A stretch of DNA of 64,000 nucleotides from an uncultured Desulfosarcina sp. (lineage in GTDB: Bacteria > Desulfobacterota > Desulfobacteria > Desulfobacterales > Desulfosarcinaceae), in assembly GCA_963674945.2 (NCBI GenBank), contig CAXXWQ010000003.1, positions 2,304,001-2,368,000 of the forward strand. Direction: 5' to 3'. The translations under genes were made by a program, and so were the position numbers. The notes beneath the pieces are model-generated. The model was not told where the DNA came from and ran no database searches. It worked only from the letters and a program-made list of their open reading frames with translations. Position 1 is the first letter of the stretch. Each line of letters starts with the position of its first letter. Below, one piece after another: positions 21,001 to 30,155 of this stretch.

Positions 21001-21526
21001 ATTCATATCGAACGGAAAGATAGTGAATACCTACCAAATGGACGCATAAAGCGCGCATGTAATATTCCCATAATGCAAGGCCGTACTTCATCGGGATGCC
21101 GTTGCGCTCCTCCAGCGATTTTGCAGCCGAAAACGGAGATCGCAGCACAAGGATAAAAACGGCTTTTTCCAAATGGTGACACCAGAAAGGCAGCGTAAGA
21201 CATAAACGAGGATCTTTTATGAACCAGGGACGGTGAGAATCCAATCGGAAAATGATATCTCTGATTTCGGTATCGATCAGACTCCGATCGGCTTCGGATA
21301 TTTTTTGAATATCGAGGTCGTAAACTTCCCACCAATTCCCGCCGGCAACGTCTAAAATGAGATCGTTTGCCGCCATCACGTCCTTTCGCTCCCAGAACCC
21401 CTTCGGATTATCGGGAGCCGTTACCATGGAGGCTTCTTCACTTCCATAATAGCAGCCCATTAGATTCACAATTCTGGCCAGAGCGGATGTGCCGGAACGG
21501 TGCATACCCAACACGATGATCTGCAT
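18029..21526 (-). CDS. Sulfotransferase-coiled coil-GT2-GT4 multidomain glycan enzyme
   Basis: VLGMHRSGTS...KDPR sulfotransferase-like domain; heptad-rich segment at about aa 280-375; GT2 (IPVYNQ, FLNNDT, YYEDTDL); GT4 (PLRYGAGMKGKV). Confidence 0.85.
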   Translation of the reverse strand: MQIIVLGMHRSGTSALARIVNLMGCYYGSEEASMVTAPDNPKGFWERKDVMAANDLILDVAGGNWWEVYDLDIQKISEADRSLIDTEIRDIIFRLDSHRPWFIKDPRLCLTLPFWCHHLEKAVFILVLRSPFSAAKSLEERNGIPMKYGLALWEYYMRALCVHLVGIHYLSVRYESILKRPYETTKDVHRWLTDNGVNGLQSPSRNEIEAFVDPKLCHHDAEDRALQTDGPVTSLFDALCAGQPVPNDASRMKVLAQQMRQLQKNGKWVIKIPKVERFSTSMRRLADLESKSKTLEEENRRIEKEAQELARRNDDLFKENNRLTKETQRLRGERGRLQDELHQLEGHHEELWKKFNGITSEHNEYKTRLNAISHSRIVRVIAKLTRFLGLGQSGIHAELKRIDCLLVPPEHRYHGRRIQKSDVELLLRIFRLFLMNPNQALGLINPGRIRRTLDFLLMSKGNLALFANRCEEVHFRDPNQPFGTIHDPAISLIDLYDLPRFSHSKRPPLPRQNEIVCWKNGLKKVAQTIKQTQEPNISIIIPVYNQIRYTLACIHSIYLDGQDGIDYEIIVSDDRSTDATQDVFTEPFANVIYRRNKKNLGFLRNCNEAATIAKGNYLVFLNNDTIVLSGWLTELIRTLENDPEIGLVGSKLIYPEGRLQEAGGIVFEDGSGWNFGRFEDPFEPMYDHARDVDYCSGASIAIPAALWKLIGGFDERYSPAYYEDTDLSFQVRAAHRRVVYQPKSQLVHFEGTTCGTRENEGVKRYQVVNRYQFLEKWRQELSSHGSCNPPTLPYLRGIKGRILFIDATTPRPNKDSGSIDAVNYMKIFKNLGFHITFVTLDVTAFEGYTTDLQRLGVECVHLPWIESTQEAIRQYGPKADLIILCRVQVAAPLIDIVKKHAGKAKIVFDTVDLHFLRESRQAALCLSPRMDEKAAKTREDELDVIKKADATMCRSYYEIQVINDILPHARTYHIPVARDLPEPTRRPWDELKDIVFIGGFSHPPNIDAVVYFISDVWPILRRQGFSGKFIVAGSDMPSEIEALSEDNVIIRGYVPDLSELFGACRLSVAPLRYGAGMKGKVVTSLSYGIPCVATEIAVEGTGLCHDENILVAKDADDMASLIQDLYGNQERWQSLSSAGIQFCQREISIEAVNEKLYQLTNELLG

Positions 21527-21633
21527 CTATACGCTATCCTCCTGATAATGCATCGAAGGTATTGAGATTTTCCAAGACCGTTGCTGTTTTTGGTGACAGG
21601 CGCATCCAGTGTCCTTTATCGGGAGGAAAAACA

Positions 21634-22596
21634 TTATCGCGTCACTCGAAATATTGACAAACCATTGTCAAGATGGCCGAAGTTTTCCGAGGCGTACACT
21701 TCGATGAACGCGCGTGAGAACCCCGCCGCCTGAAAAGAGTGAATGACATCCCAGCCAAAATCCGTGAAGACCAGCGCTCCCGATGAACTGATTGGGTTGC
21801 CATGAAATACCGGAGGCCGTTGGTAAACGGCTCCACGGGAACCCTGGCGCGCCCGTTTGATAGAATTTTCCAGACGATTGTGGAAAGGAAATGTGGCCAG
21901 CAGCACCCCTCCGGACCGAAGCACGCGGGCGCATTCCGTAAAAGCGCGATATGGATCCGGAACGTGTTCGAAAACATCATTGCTGACGATCAAATCAAGA
22001 CTGCCGCTAGCGAAACTCAACTGTGTTGCATCCTCGTGTCGAATTCCACCCATCCGAAAGATATGATATGTCAATTTCATTTGGTTTCGAATCCATCGAA
22101 AAAGATATGGATGAATCGGCGTGATGTACTGCCATGCCTTGACGATGGATCCGCTTTTAAATTTTTTGCCAAAGTATTCGCTGCCGATAATGGTATGCCC
22201 CTTCAGATGCCCGGCGAGGTATCGGTAAAACGACGTCATCTTTTCCATCAAATAGACCCGCTGCCCCGCCCTGCCCTGCAGTTGATGCTTCACAACCGCG
22301 GCCATCAGCCGCTGCCGGCTTGACATCATACAACCTGGACAAATCAGCCCCTCACGCCAATTCAATGCGAGTCGCTCATTTTTCTGTCCTTTACTTCTTC
22401 TGCCATCTAATACAAAGGAGACCTTCTCATTGCATGGCAAGCAGTAGCCTTTAACGAAACGTGTGCCGGGTGATGTGGCAATTGTGTACCGGACGTTTTG
22501 CAGCCGTTTGAATATCTTGTTTTCCATGCCACACGCAAAGTTCCTCCGCGTCGATGCGATAAATACCGGCGAGATATTGGGGCTTGTAACTGTCAT
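21634..22596 (-). CDS. Class I SAM-dependent methyltransferase with N-terminal Cys pairs
   Basis: CLPC...CPGC...RQR; DLIVSNDVFEHV, RVLRSGG. Confidence 0.75.
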   Translation of the reverse strand: MTVTSPNISPVFIASTRRNFACGMENKIFKRLQNVRYTIATSPGTRFVKGYCLPCNEKVSFVLDGRRSKGQKNERLALNWREGLICPGCMMSSRQRLMAAVVKHQLQGRAGQRVYLMEKMTSFYRYLAGHLKGHTIIGSEYFGKKFKSGSIVKAWQYITPIHPYLFRWIRNQMKLTYHIFRMGGIRHEDATQLSFASGSLDLIVSNDVFEHVPDPYRAFTECARVLRSGGVLLATFPFHNRLENSIKRARQGSRGAVYQRPPVFHGNPISSSGALVFTDFGWDVIHSFQAAGFSRAFIEVYASENFGHLDNGLSIFRVTR

Positions 22597-22642
22597 GAAG
22601 GGATTCTCATTGTGCGTCGGGCAGATATGCCAACCGTGTGGC

Positions 22643-23380
22643 TCACCCGCTCCGTTTCGGGGATATGCTTTCCAAATAAGCCGTCAACACCTCATCGACA
22701 ATACCCTGGGCACGGGTCCTGCCATCCTCGATCCAGACCAAACGATTGCAGACTTCTTTGAGTAATGATGCATTGTGAGATACCAATACGACTGTCTTTT
22801 CCGATTGTATCTGTTTTTTCATCGCTTCGGTGGATTTATTCCGAAAGGCCTCATCGCCAACGCCCAGAACTTCGTCGAGCAAGATCACATCCGGATTTAC
22901 GTGGTACGCTACCGAAAATCCCAGCCGTGCACGCATACCCGTCGAGTAGGTATTGACCGGTTCCTCGAAAAAACTGTTTAGCTCGGAAAAAGAGATGATC
23001 TCATCCATTTTCGAAAGTATCTCTTTTTTCGTTGCTCCCAATAACATTCCGTTAAGTATTGCGTTTTCTCGACCACTTAAGTAGGGTACGAATCCGGCCT
23101 GTAATGATATCAGGGATATTCGAAGTCCAGGTCGATGGATCTTCAGTTTCCCGGTATCTGGAGCGATGATGCCGGCCAAAACCCGAAGGAGTGTGCTCTT
23201 ACCGACACCATTTTTACCAATAATCCCCAAGGTTTCTCCAGCATATAGATCAAAAGATACGTCCTTTAGAGCCCAGAAAAAGGAGCGTTTTAGGAACCGT
23301 TGCCGGCGGCTGTAATACACTCCGACATTCCGCATACTCAGGATCTTGTTCTCTGAATACGATGGGTTTTCTGTATACAT
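22643..23380 (-). CDS. wzt: Polysaccharide ABC exporter ATP-binding subunit
   Basis: WALKDVSF, GKNGVGKST, YSTGMRARLGF, LLDEVL.VGD. Confidence 0.9.
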   Translation of the reverse strand: MYTENPSYSENKILSMRNVGVYYSRRQRFLKRSFFWALKDVSFDLYAGETLGIIGKNGVGKSTLLRVLAGIIAPDTGKLKIHRPGLRISLISLQAGFVPYLSGRENAILNGMLLGATKKEILSKMDEIISFSELNSFFEEPVNTYSTGMRARLGFSVAYHVNPDVILLDEVLGVGDEAFRNKSTEAMKKQIQSEKTVVLVSHNASLLKEVCNRLVWIEDGRTRAQGIVDEVLTAYLESISPKRSG

Positions 23381-23388
23381 AGTTCGGA

Positions 23389-24186
23389 TCAGTGAATGAT
23401 TTTTGGATATACGCGGTCAAACCGACAATAAATCCATATGGAAAACAGCAATAAAACAAACGAAAGCAAAAGGATAAAAAACAGACTGTGCCAGTCCGGA
23501 GAGGCGCCATCAAGGATAATCCTTCGGTACATGACAATCAGGGATGCCATGGGATTAAGCAAGAGGAACCGCTGAACGGACACAGGAAGGCTGGCAACGT
23601 CGAAAAAGATACCGGAAAGAAATAAAAACATCATGAGTACGTTGTCCAGAATCATCCGGAAATCCGGGAAAAACGGCATAAGGGCGGCAATCAGACTCGT
23701 AATTGCAATGGTCAGCAACAATTGGGTCATGATCAGTGCCGGTAAGAATACCCATGCCAATGAAGCTTTTGTAGACATAAATTGCAAGAAAATGAGAAAA
23801 AGAGTCAGAACGATGAGAAATTTGAAGGTATTGATTACGGTTGCCGTCAGGGGAAAGATGATTTTGGGCAGGTAAACCTGGTTCATGAGGCTGGCATTGG
23901 CCAGAAGACTGTTCGAGCCGGTAGTGATTGTTGCATGGAACCATTTCCATGCGATCAAACCCGTAAGTAGGAAGAGAATGAAATTTTCATCCCCTCGGTG
24001 AAAAAGATGGACGAACACGACGTAAAAGACGCTCATATACATCAACGGTTCAATGATCCACCACAGTACGCCCAAATAGCCCCTCGATGCCTCTGCGCGA
24101 AGCCCGGCTTTGGCATTTTGAAACACCAGATCAGTGAAATTCGTTACTGCTTCTATCTTTGAAGGGAGAATAGGATTGTTTTTCAT
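23389..24186 (-). CDS. wzm: Polysaccharide ABC exporter permease
   Basis: LGVLWWIIEPL, VYLPK, LNP motifs; ATG 24186 lies right after the upstream stop. Confidence 0.88.
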   Translation of the reverse strand: MKNNPILPSKIEAVTNFTDLVFQNAKAGLRAEASRGYLGVLWWIIEPLMYMSVFYVVFVHLFHRGDENFILFLLTGLIAWKWFHATITTGSNSLLANASLMNQVYLPKIIFPLTATVINTFKFLIVLTLFLIFLQFMSTKASLAWVFLPALIMTQLLLTIAITSLIAALMPFFPDFRMILDNVLMMFLFLSGIFFDVASLPVSVQRFLLLNPMASLIVMYRRIILDGASPDWHSLFFILLLSFVLLLFSIWIYCRFDRVYPKIIH

Positions 24187-24187
24187 T

Positions 24188-25348
24188 TCAAACACGGGCC
24201 AATATGGATGCGATAGATTCCTGCGCTCCTTCGTCGAGATAGGGGTGCATGGGTAAACTAAAGATCCTTTCACTGCAATCTTCGCTTACGGGAAAATCGC
24301 CAGGCTTGTATCCCAAAGATTTGAATACACCCTGCAAATGCAGTGGTATGGGATAATAAATCGCCGTCGGAACACCGGCATTTGTGAGTGCCGCCTGGCA
24401 GGCGTTCCGGCGTTCTTTGCTTTCAGCAAGCAGCGAGTACTGGGCCCATACCGATCCATACCCTTCACCCACGGTGGGGATGGTCAATGAATCAATGCCC
24501 GCAAGCAGTGTACCGTAACGCCTGGCCACTTCATCTCTAAGCCGGACCTCCTCGGGAAAAATATCGAACTTGGCCAGCAGAATGGCAGCCTGCAGGGTAT
24601 CCAAACGACCGTTTATTCCGATACGAATATTGTCATATTTATCCATTCCTTTGCCATGGATGCGGATGGACCGCAATACGTCGGCAGCCCTCTCATCATT
24701 GGTAAAACACATCCCGCCATCGCCGTACCCTCCCAATGGTTTGGCGGGAAAGAAGGAGGTACAGCCGACATCGCCCAATGAACACGCCATTTTCCCTTTG
24801 TACCGGGCGCCGAAGGATTGGGCAGCATCTTCGATGACAAACAATTGATGTGCAGAGGCGCAGGCGACGATGGCCTCATAATCGGCCGGCAACCCGAACA
24901 GATCCACGGCAATGATGCCTTTTGGGGTCAGGGGAACGTCGGTATTGTCCGGCAGTGGCAGCAGCGTCCGATCGTTGTCTTCGATGGCCTTGATCGTCGT
25001 TTCCAGATATTGGGGATCCATATTGAAGCATGCAGGATCGATATCCACGAAAACCGGCGTCGCGCCCAACATTCGAATTACTTCTGCCGTGGCGATAAAG
25101 GTGAACGGGGAGGTGATGATTGCATCCCCCGGGCCGACATCATAGGCCATCAAAGCCATCAACAGGGCATCGGTTCCCGAGGCGCATCCAATGGCATGGT
25201 CGACGTTGCAGTGGTCCGCCAAACGGGCTTCGAGTTCATCGATTTCCGGTCCCATAATATATTGGCCATGATCCAGAACCGCCTCGATGCGGGCGTTAAC
25301 CTCTTTCCTTATTCTTTTCTGTTGCGATTTCAAATCGATAAATTGCAT
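24188..25348 (-). CDS. DegT/DnrJ/EryC1/StrS sugar aminotransferase (WbpE-like)
   Basis: IEDAAQSFG, SFFPAKPLGGYGDGG, NGRLDTLQAA, SLPMHPYL. Confidence 0.92.
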   Translation of the reverse strand: MQFIDLKSQQKRIRKEVNARIEAVLDHGQYIMGPEIDELEARLADHCNVDHAIGCASGTDALLMALMAYDVGPGDAIITSPFTFIATAEVIRMLGATPVFVDIDPACFNMDPQYLETTIKAIEDNDRTLLPLPDNTDVPLTPKGIIAVDLFGLPADYEAIVACASAHQLFVIEDAAQSFGARYKGKMACSLGDVGCTSFFPAKPLGGYGDGGMCFTNDERAADVLRSIRIHGKGMDKYDNIRIGINGRLDTLQAAILLAKFDIFPEEVRLRDEVARRYGTLLAGIDSLTIPTVGEGYGSVWAQYSLLAESKERRNACQAALTNAGVPTAIYYPIPLHLQGVFKSLGYKPGDFPVSEDCSERIFSLPMHPYLDEGAQESIASILARV

Positions 25349-25493
25349 GGTCTTCCACTTCGCTTCCGTAAAAAGTCCTTTTTAATTGGAATAATGAACG
25401 AGTTCCTTAGAGGCCTATTTTATTTGTAGGGTTAACGGGTTCCTAAGAAAGAGCCAAGCGATCCCCGCATATTCGCAAAACAGCGTCCAACGG

Positions 25494-26132
25494 TTAGAAC
25501 AAGAGTATTTTGTCGGGTGGTACACCAACACGTTTCAAGGTGGCGACAGCCGCTTCATGGTCCGTTTCGACTGCAATCAGAACCACATCGAAATCGACTC
25601 GCTTGAGTCGTGAGACTGCCTTGACGACCATCTGCTCGAATATCTCCCCTTCCCTATCCGAATCGACGACATCAAGCAATTGTAAACCGGTCCCGATAAG
25701 TGACAGATAGGCAATTTCAGCCAGTTCACCGGAACCGTAGAAAATGAGTCTTGAAAGTCCCTGTTCGCTCAGCTGTTTGTATACATCATGGACCCGGCAT
25801 CTGGCAGATTTGAAGTATTGGTATGAACTTAAAATATACGCATAGGTTAAACGAGTCTTTTCCATCGCACCCGCAGGCGTGAGGATGTACCTGGCCCGCT
25901 TTTTGGGCACGGTGGTGACCTTGCAGTATCCTTTTTTTACCAATCGCTTGATAAAAGAATTGATCATTCCTAGCGAGATCTGCAATGCATCGGACAGGTC
26001 TCGTTGGGACATTGGCTTGTCCTCGGCGATGGCCTCCAAAATTTGGAGTGTTTTAAGACTCTTGGCATCCATATGGAGATTAATCGGGCGTAGCTCCGCC
26101 GTTTCGATTACATGCTTGTCTGCATTTGGCAT
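25494..26132 (-). CDS. MarR-type winged-HTH regulator (EPS-associated) with C-terminal Rossmann-like domain
   Basis: SQRDLS...SLGMIN...LVKKG...YILTPAG..EK; YGSGELAE. True start may be ATG 26072. Confidence 0.82.
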   Translation of the reverse strand: MPNADKHVIETAELRPINLHMDAKSLKTLQILEAIAEDKPMSQRDLSDALQISLGMINSFIKRLVKKGYCKVTTVPKKRARYILTPAGAMEKTRLTYAYILSSYQYFKSARCRVHDVYKQLSEQGLSRLIFYGSGELAEIAYLSLIGTGLQLLDVVDSDREGEIFEQMVVKAVSRLKRVDFDVVLIAVETDHEAAVATLKRVGVPPDKILLF

Positions 26133-26170
26133 CGAGCAGGAGTATGCACGGCAGTTGGAAAAACGATGAA

Positions 26171-26208
26171 GTGTTCAACTATTGAACACAAAATAGGCGG
26201 GGTGTCAA
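26171..26208 (-). promoter_or_regulatory. Sigma-70-like promoter with palindromic operator GTGTTCAA-N3-TTGAACAC
   Basis: TTGACA on the minus strand at 26208-26203; perfect 8-bp inverted repeat at 26171-26189 over the -10 region. Confidence 0.6.
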
Positions 26209-26400
26209 TGCAAAAAAATACAGGATATTGTGTTCAGGGGAAAAAGGCGGGACAAGGAGCAGGTGCCCATCCAACCACGACTGTTTTCTTTTATCGGGAA
26301 TATGGCAAAAGGTTGTCCATGCAGGTTCCAATGGACCATTAAAAAATCCCGTAAACAAATCGTCGGGTTTGGATGGGCACAATTTTAGACGGCTGTGACC

Positions 26401-26679
26401 TTATATCACGATACGGTCTTTATTGGCCTCCCAAGTCTTTTTTCCGATACCCTTTACGTTCATGATCTCTTCCGGTTTCTGGAAATCACCTTTTTCTTCA
26501 CGATATTCGACGATCCGTTTCGCATATTTCGCGCCAACCCGGTCCAATTGCATCAATTGTTCGATGGATGCCGTATTGATATTGACCTTTTCCGTGGCGT
26601 TTGCATAACATGTACTTGCGACAAAGATAGCCATCGTGAGAAAGAGAACGTAAATAACTTGTTTTTGAATTTTCGCCAT
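26401..26679 (-). CDS. comEA: ComEA-family helix-hairpin-helix DNA-binding protein
   Basis: Signal peptide, VNINTAS.EQL, VKGIGKK; AGGAGG RBS. Confidence 0.88.
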   Translation of the reverse strand: MAKIQKQVIYVLFLTMAIFVASTCYANATEKVNINTASIEQLMQLDRVGAKYAKRIVEYREEKGDFQKPEEIMNVKGIGKKTWEANKDRIVI

Positions 26680-27040
26680 GTGAATCCCTCCTAGTTATAA
26701 TGTTAGTATAGCTGCCATGCCCGTCATGGCAAAATCGTTGTTTTGTTGATCGAACGAAAGGATTAGGATGTATAATGACAGATCAGATGAAAAGGAGAGT
26801 TCAAGACAGCGGCAATAACAATGGACGATCGATACTGAATATTGCCGAACAAGAAAAGCAGATTCGATGCCAATATGTATCGACCCCAGTCACGGTTTCA
26901 TGCATTTGATTTTTTTGTTTACGATAAGAAAAGGTTACGGACCATGCATATAATTGACATGCAGGCTGGATGGTCTTCGGAGTCTCTTTTCACTGCACAG
27001 ACCTCGCTTTCCATGGTCTTTTGTGTTTACATTTTTAGCC

Positions 27041-28411
27041 ATGCCCACAAAACAATTTATGAAAAATTATAAAATTCTCTTCATCGATGACGATCGACAA
27101 ATTCTGAACATCGTCGAACGATATATAGGGAGGTTCGGATTTACTGTCATTACCGAATCAAACGGTTTGCGGGCCATCGAAATGGTTCGAAACGATTTTT
27201 TTGCCATTGTCATTACCGACCTGATCATGCCCGAGATCGGTGGCATGGAGGTACTGAAAAAAATTAAAGCGTCGTCTCCGGAAACGGAGGTCATCGTGGC
27301 TTCCGGCTACGGCACCATCGAAACCGCCATCGAGGCGATGAAGTTGGGAAGCTATGATTTTTTGCAAAAACCCATCAATTTCGACCGATTCAGGATCCTG
27401 ATCGAACGCATCATCGAGAAAAAACAACTGGAGGATGAGAACCGATCCATTCGCAATCGTCTGAAGGAGCGCTATAAGTATGATGAACTCGTCGGGATGT
27501 CACCTCCGATGCAAAACATCTATGAAACCATCGATAAAATCAGTTCGAGCAGCCCGACGGTCTTGATTGAAGGAGAAAGCGGAACGGGAAAAGAGCTGAC
27601 GGCCAACGTCATCCATAACAACAGCGATCGAAAAAACGGTCCTTTTATCCCCGTTAATTGTGGAGCGATTTCCGAGGGAATTTTGGAAAGGGAACTGTTC
27701 GGCCATGTGAAAGGGGCGTTCACGGGTGCATTGCAAGATTCCATCGGATTGTTCAAAGCCGCCGATGGAGGAACCATTTTTTTAGATGAAATCGGAGAGG
27801 TCTCACCGTCCGTTCAGGTCAGTCTTTTGCGCGTGCTGCAGGAAAAAAAGGTCCGACCTGTCGGCGACACGCGGGAAACAATAATCGATGTACGGATTAT
27901 CGCAGCGACAAACAAGAAATTGGATGAGGCCATAAAACAAAACACGTTTCGGTCGGATCTTTACTATCGGCTCAACGTTATTTCCATCAAGATGCCGCCG
28001 CTACGTGATATCAAGGAGGATATTCCCTTATTAATCCGGCATTTTATCAAAAAGCACAAGCCGGCGGGAATCGACAGTGATCCCGAAGTGAGCCCTGCGG
28101 CAAATGCCATTTTGATGGGATATTCATGGCCGGGCAATGTCCGGCAACTGGAAAATGTGATCCAAAGAGCTTTCGCATTGGGTATGAAAAACGGTATTCT
28201 GGATATCGACGACCTGCCCGGTGAGATTGCGAAAAAGGCTAACAGAAAAACCACAGATGATATGATGTATAATCTGAAGGTCATTGAGGAACGCACCATC
28301 CGACGCGCCCTTCAGAGAACGGGGGGTAACAAGGCCGAAGCCGCCAAATTGCTGGGTATCAACTTGACGACGGTATACCGCAAGATGGCTCGGTACGACA
28401 TCATTGATTAG
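27041..28411 (+). CDS. NtrC-family sigma-54-dependent response regulator
   Basis: Receiver domain (IDDD, TDLIMP), GESGTGKE, GAFTGA, WPGNVRQLEN, Fis-type HTH; start is 27041 or 27059. Confidence 0.93.
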   Translation: MPTKQFMKNYKILFIDDDRQILNIVERYIGRFGFTVITESNGLRAIEMVRNDFFAIVITDLIMPEIGGMEVLKKIKASSPETEVIVASGYGTIETAIEAMKLGSYDFLQKPINFDRFRILIERIIEKKQLEDENRSIRNRLKERYKYDELVGMSPPMQNIYETIDKISSSSPTVLIEGESGTGKELTANVIHNNSDRKNGPFIPVNCGAISEGILERELFGHVKGAFTGALQDSIGLFKAADGGTIFLDEIGEVSPSVQVSLLRVLQEKKVRPVGDTRETIIDVRIIAATNKKLDEAIKQNTFRSDLYYRLNVISIKMPPLRDIKEDIPLLIRHFIKKHKPAGIDSDPEVSPAANAILMGYSWPGNVRQLENVIQRAFALGMKNGILDIDDLPGEIAKKANRKTTDDMMYNLKVIEERTIRRALQRTGGNKAEAAKLLGINLTTVYRKMARYDIID

Positions 28412-28562
28412 CCGTATTCAATCCGGGTGTTTTGCATCCGGAACCAGCCCGGACGATACTGTGCTGACGTGCTTTTGATTCGTGACAAGCTTCGATTCGA
28501 CATGTATAATAGCGTAAGTTTTGCTTTTTGATTTCTAAACCGTAGAATGATGGAGGGCAAAA

Positions 28563-29012
28563 ATGTCTGATGGATTGGATGTGATTATTGTCGATGACGA
28601 TCCAATCGTATGTGAACTTATATCTACGACCATAGATCGGTTCTACACGTGGGGAAACGTTTTCTCTTTCACGGATCCGGAGGAAGCAATCACCTATTGC
28701 CGGAATAGAGACATCGGTGTCGCTATTTTCGTGGTGGACGTTTTTTTGGGCGGTGCAAGCGGTTTCTTCTTTTTAGACGCCATCGAGGAAAAGTTTCCCA
28801 CTGCGCATTCCGACGCCGTCATCATTACGGGAAATGCCAGTGATGACATCGTAAACATGTGTGTGGCTTCCAATGTAAACCACCTTTTGGAAAAGCCGGT
28901 CAAACCCTATGCCCTTCAACTGGCGGTCAGGGCAATCGCCGAGAAATACTTGAAATTTGCCAAACGGATATTTCAAGATCCCGATTTCGCCAAAAGCATA
29001 TCCAATTTGTAA
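28563..29012 (+). CDS. Single-domain response regulator receiver protein
   Basis: IVDDD, VVDVFL, ITG, KP. Confidence 0.85.
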   Translation: MSDGLDVIIVDDDPIVCELISTTIDRFYTWGNVFSFTDPEEAITYCRNRDIGVAIFVVDVFLGGASGFFFLDAIEEKFPTAHSDAVIITGNASDDIVNMCVASNVNHLLEKPVKPYALQLAVRAIAEKYLKFAKRIFQDPDFAKSISNL

Positions 29013-29126
29013 CGCAAACCTTATAAACAGGCTTTACGCAAGTGATTTTGGCAATGCCAGAGGGAGGAATCCGTATAACGATACCGCGACGACCGGTAAC
29101 GCGGCCCAAAAGCATTTTCATAAGGC

Positions 29127-29918
29127 TTACAGCAGACCGCGATAATTACCACCATCCACCAAAAGGTTCTGCCCTGTGATATAACGAGCCTGCCGACTGG
29201 CAAGAAAGGCTGCAGCAGCGCCGAAGTCGGATGGATCGCCGATGGTGTTGGTGGGATTTGCCGACATCATCTCTTCAATGATATTTTTGGCATCTTTGCC
29301 CTCCTGGGTGGCGCGGTGGGCCGCCAGCTGTTCGATTCGCGATGTTCTGTGAATTCCTGGGAGCAAGGCGTTTACGGTTATACCATGTGGGGCAAGTTCC
29401 GTGGCGATGGTCTTTAAAAAACCCGTCAATCCGGTTCGTGCCATATTGGAGAGAAGCAGGTTGTCGATGGGCTGTTTGACAGAAATGGAGGTGATGGCGA
29501 TGATTCGCCCCCACCTTCTGGCTTTCATGGCTGGTGTTACACCCTGGATCAGATGAACGGCACTCATCAGATTCAGATCCAGGGCTTTCTGGTATTCCTC
29601 GATCGGTGTGCTCGCATAGGTCCCCGGGGCGGGTCCCCCGGCATTTGTCAGCAGGATTTCCGGATCTCCCAACTTCTCTCTCACCTCTTCCAATAGCCTA
29701 TGGATATCTTCTTTCTTACTCAAGTCTGCAAAAAACCCGGTAACCTTTGCGCCTGTTTGGGCGGAGATTTCTCCCGCAGCGGATTTCACCGAGTCAATGT
29801 TCCGGGAACAGATTGCCACCTGGCACCCCTCGGCGGCCAATTGCTGCGCACACCCTCTTCCCAGTCCTCGACTGGAAGCCGTCACCAACGCAATCTTTCC
29901 TGCAATGCCGAAATCCAT
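29127..29918 (-). CDS. SDR-family oxidoreductase
   Basis: TASSRGLG, NAGGP, SNMARTGL, ITGQNLLVDGG. Confidence 0.9.
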   Translation of the reverse strand: MDFGIAGKIALVTASSRGLGRGCAQQLAAEGCQVAICSRNIDSVKSAAGEISAQTGAKVTGFFADLSKKEDIHRLLEEVREKLGDPEILLTNAGGPAPGTYASTPIEEYQKALDLNLMSAVHLIQGVTPAMKARRWGRIIAITSISVKQPIDNLLLSNMARTGLTGFLKTIATELAPHGITVNALLPGIHRTSRIEQLAAHRATQEGKDAKNIIEEMMSANPTNTIGDPSDFGAAAAFLASRQARYITGQNLLVDGGNYRGLL

Positions 29919-30155
29919 AACGATTCCTCCATGAGATGTATTGTATTGTGCGACTCGCCGATTGAATCGCAGGGTTCAACATGGTAATGGGGACGCCAAG
30001 CGCCATGGGACCATGTGGAAGAAAATAACAACATATAGTTGATTGTCGAGCCGACAGCCATGTTCCGGCAATACCCAAGAAGCATACAGAAGAAAATCCT
30101 GCAGATGACCATACCAATGCGTCAATCCGTTGTTACTGCCAAGGAGCATCGCTGG

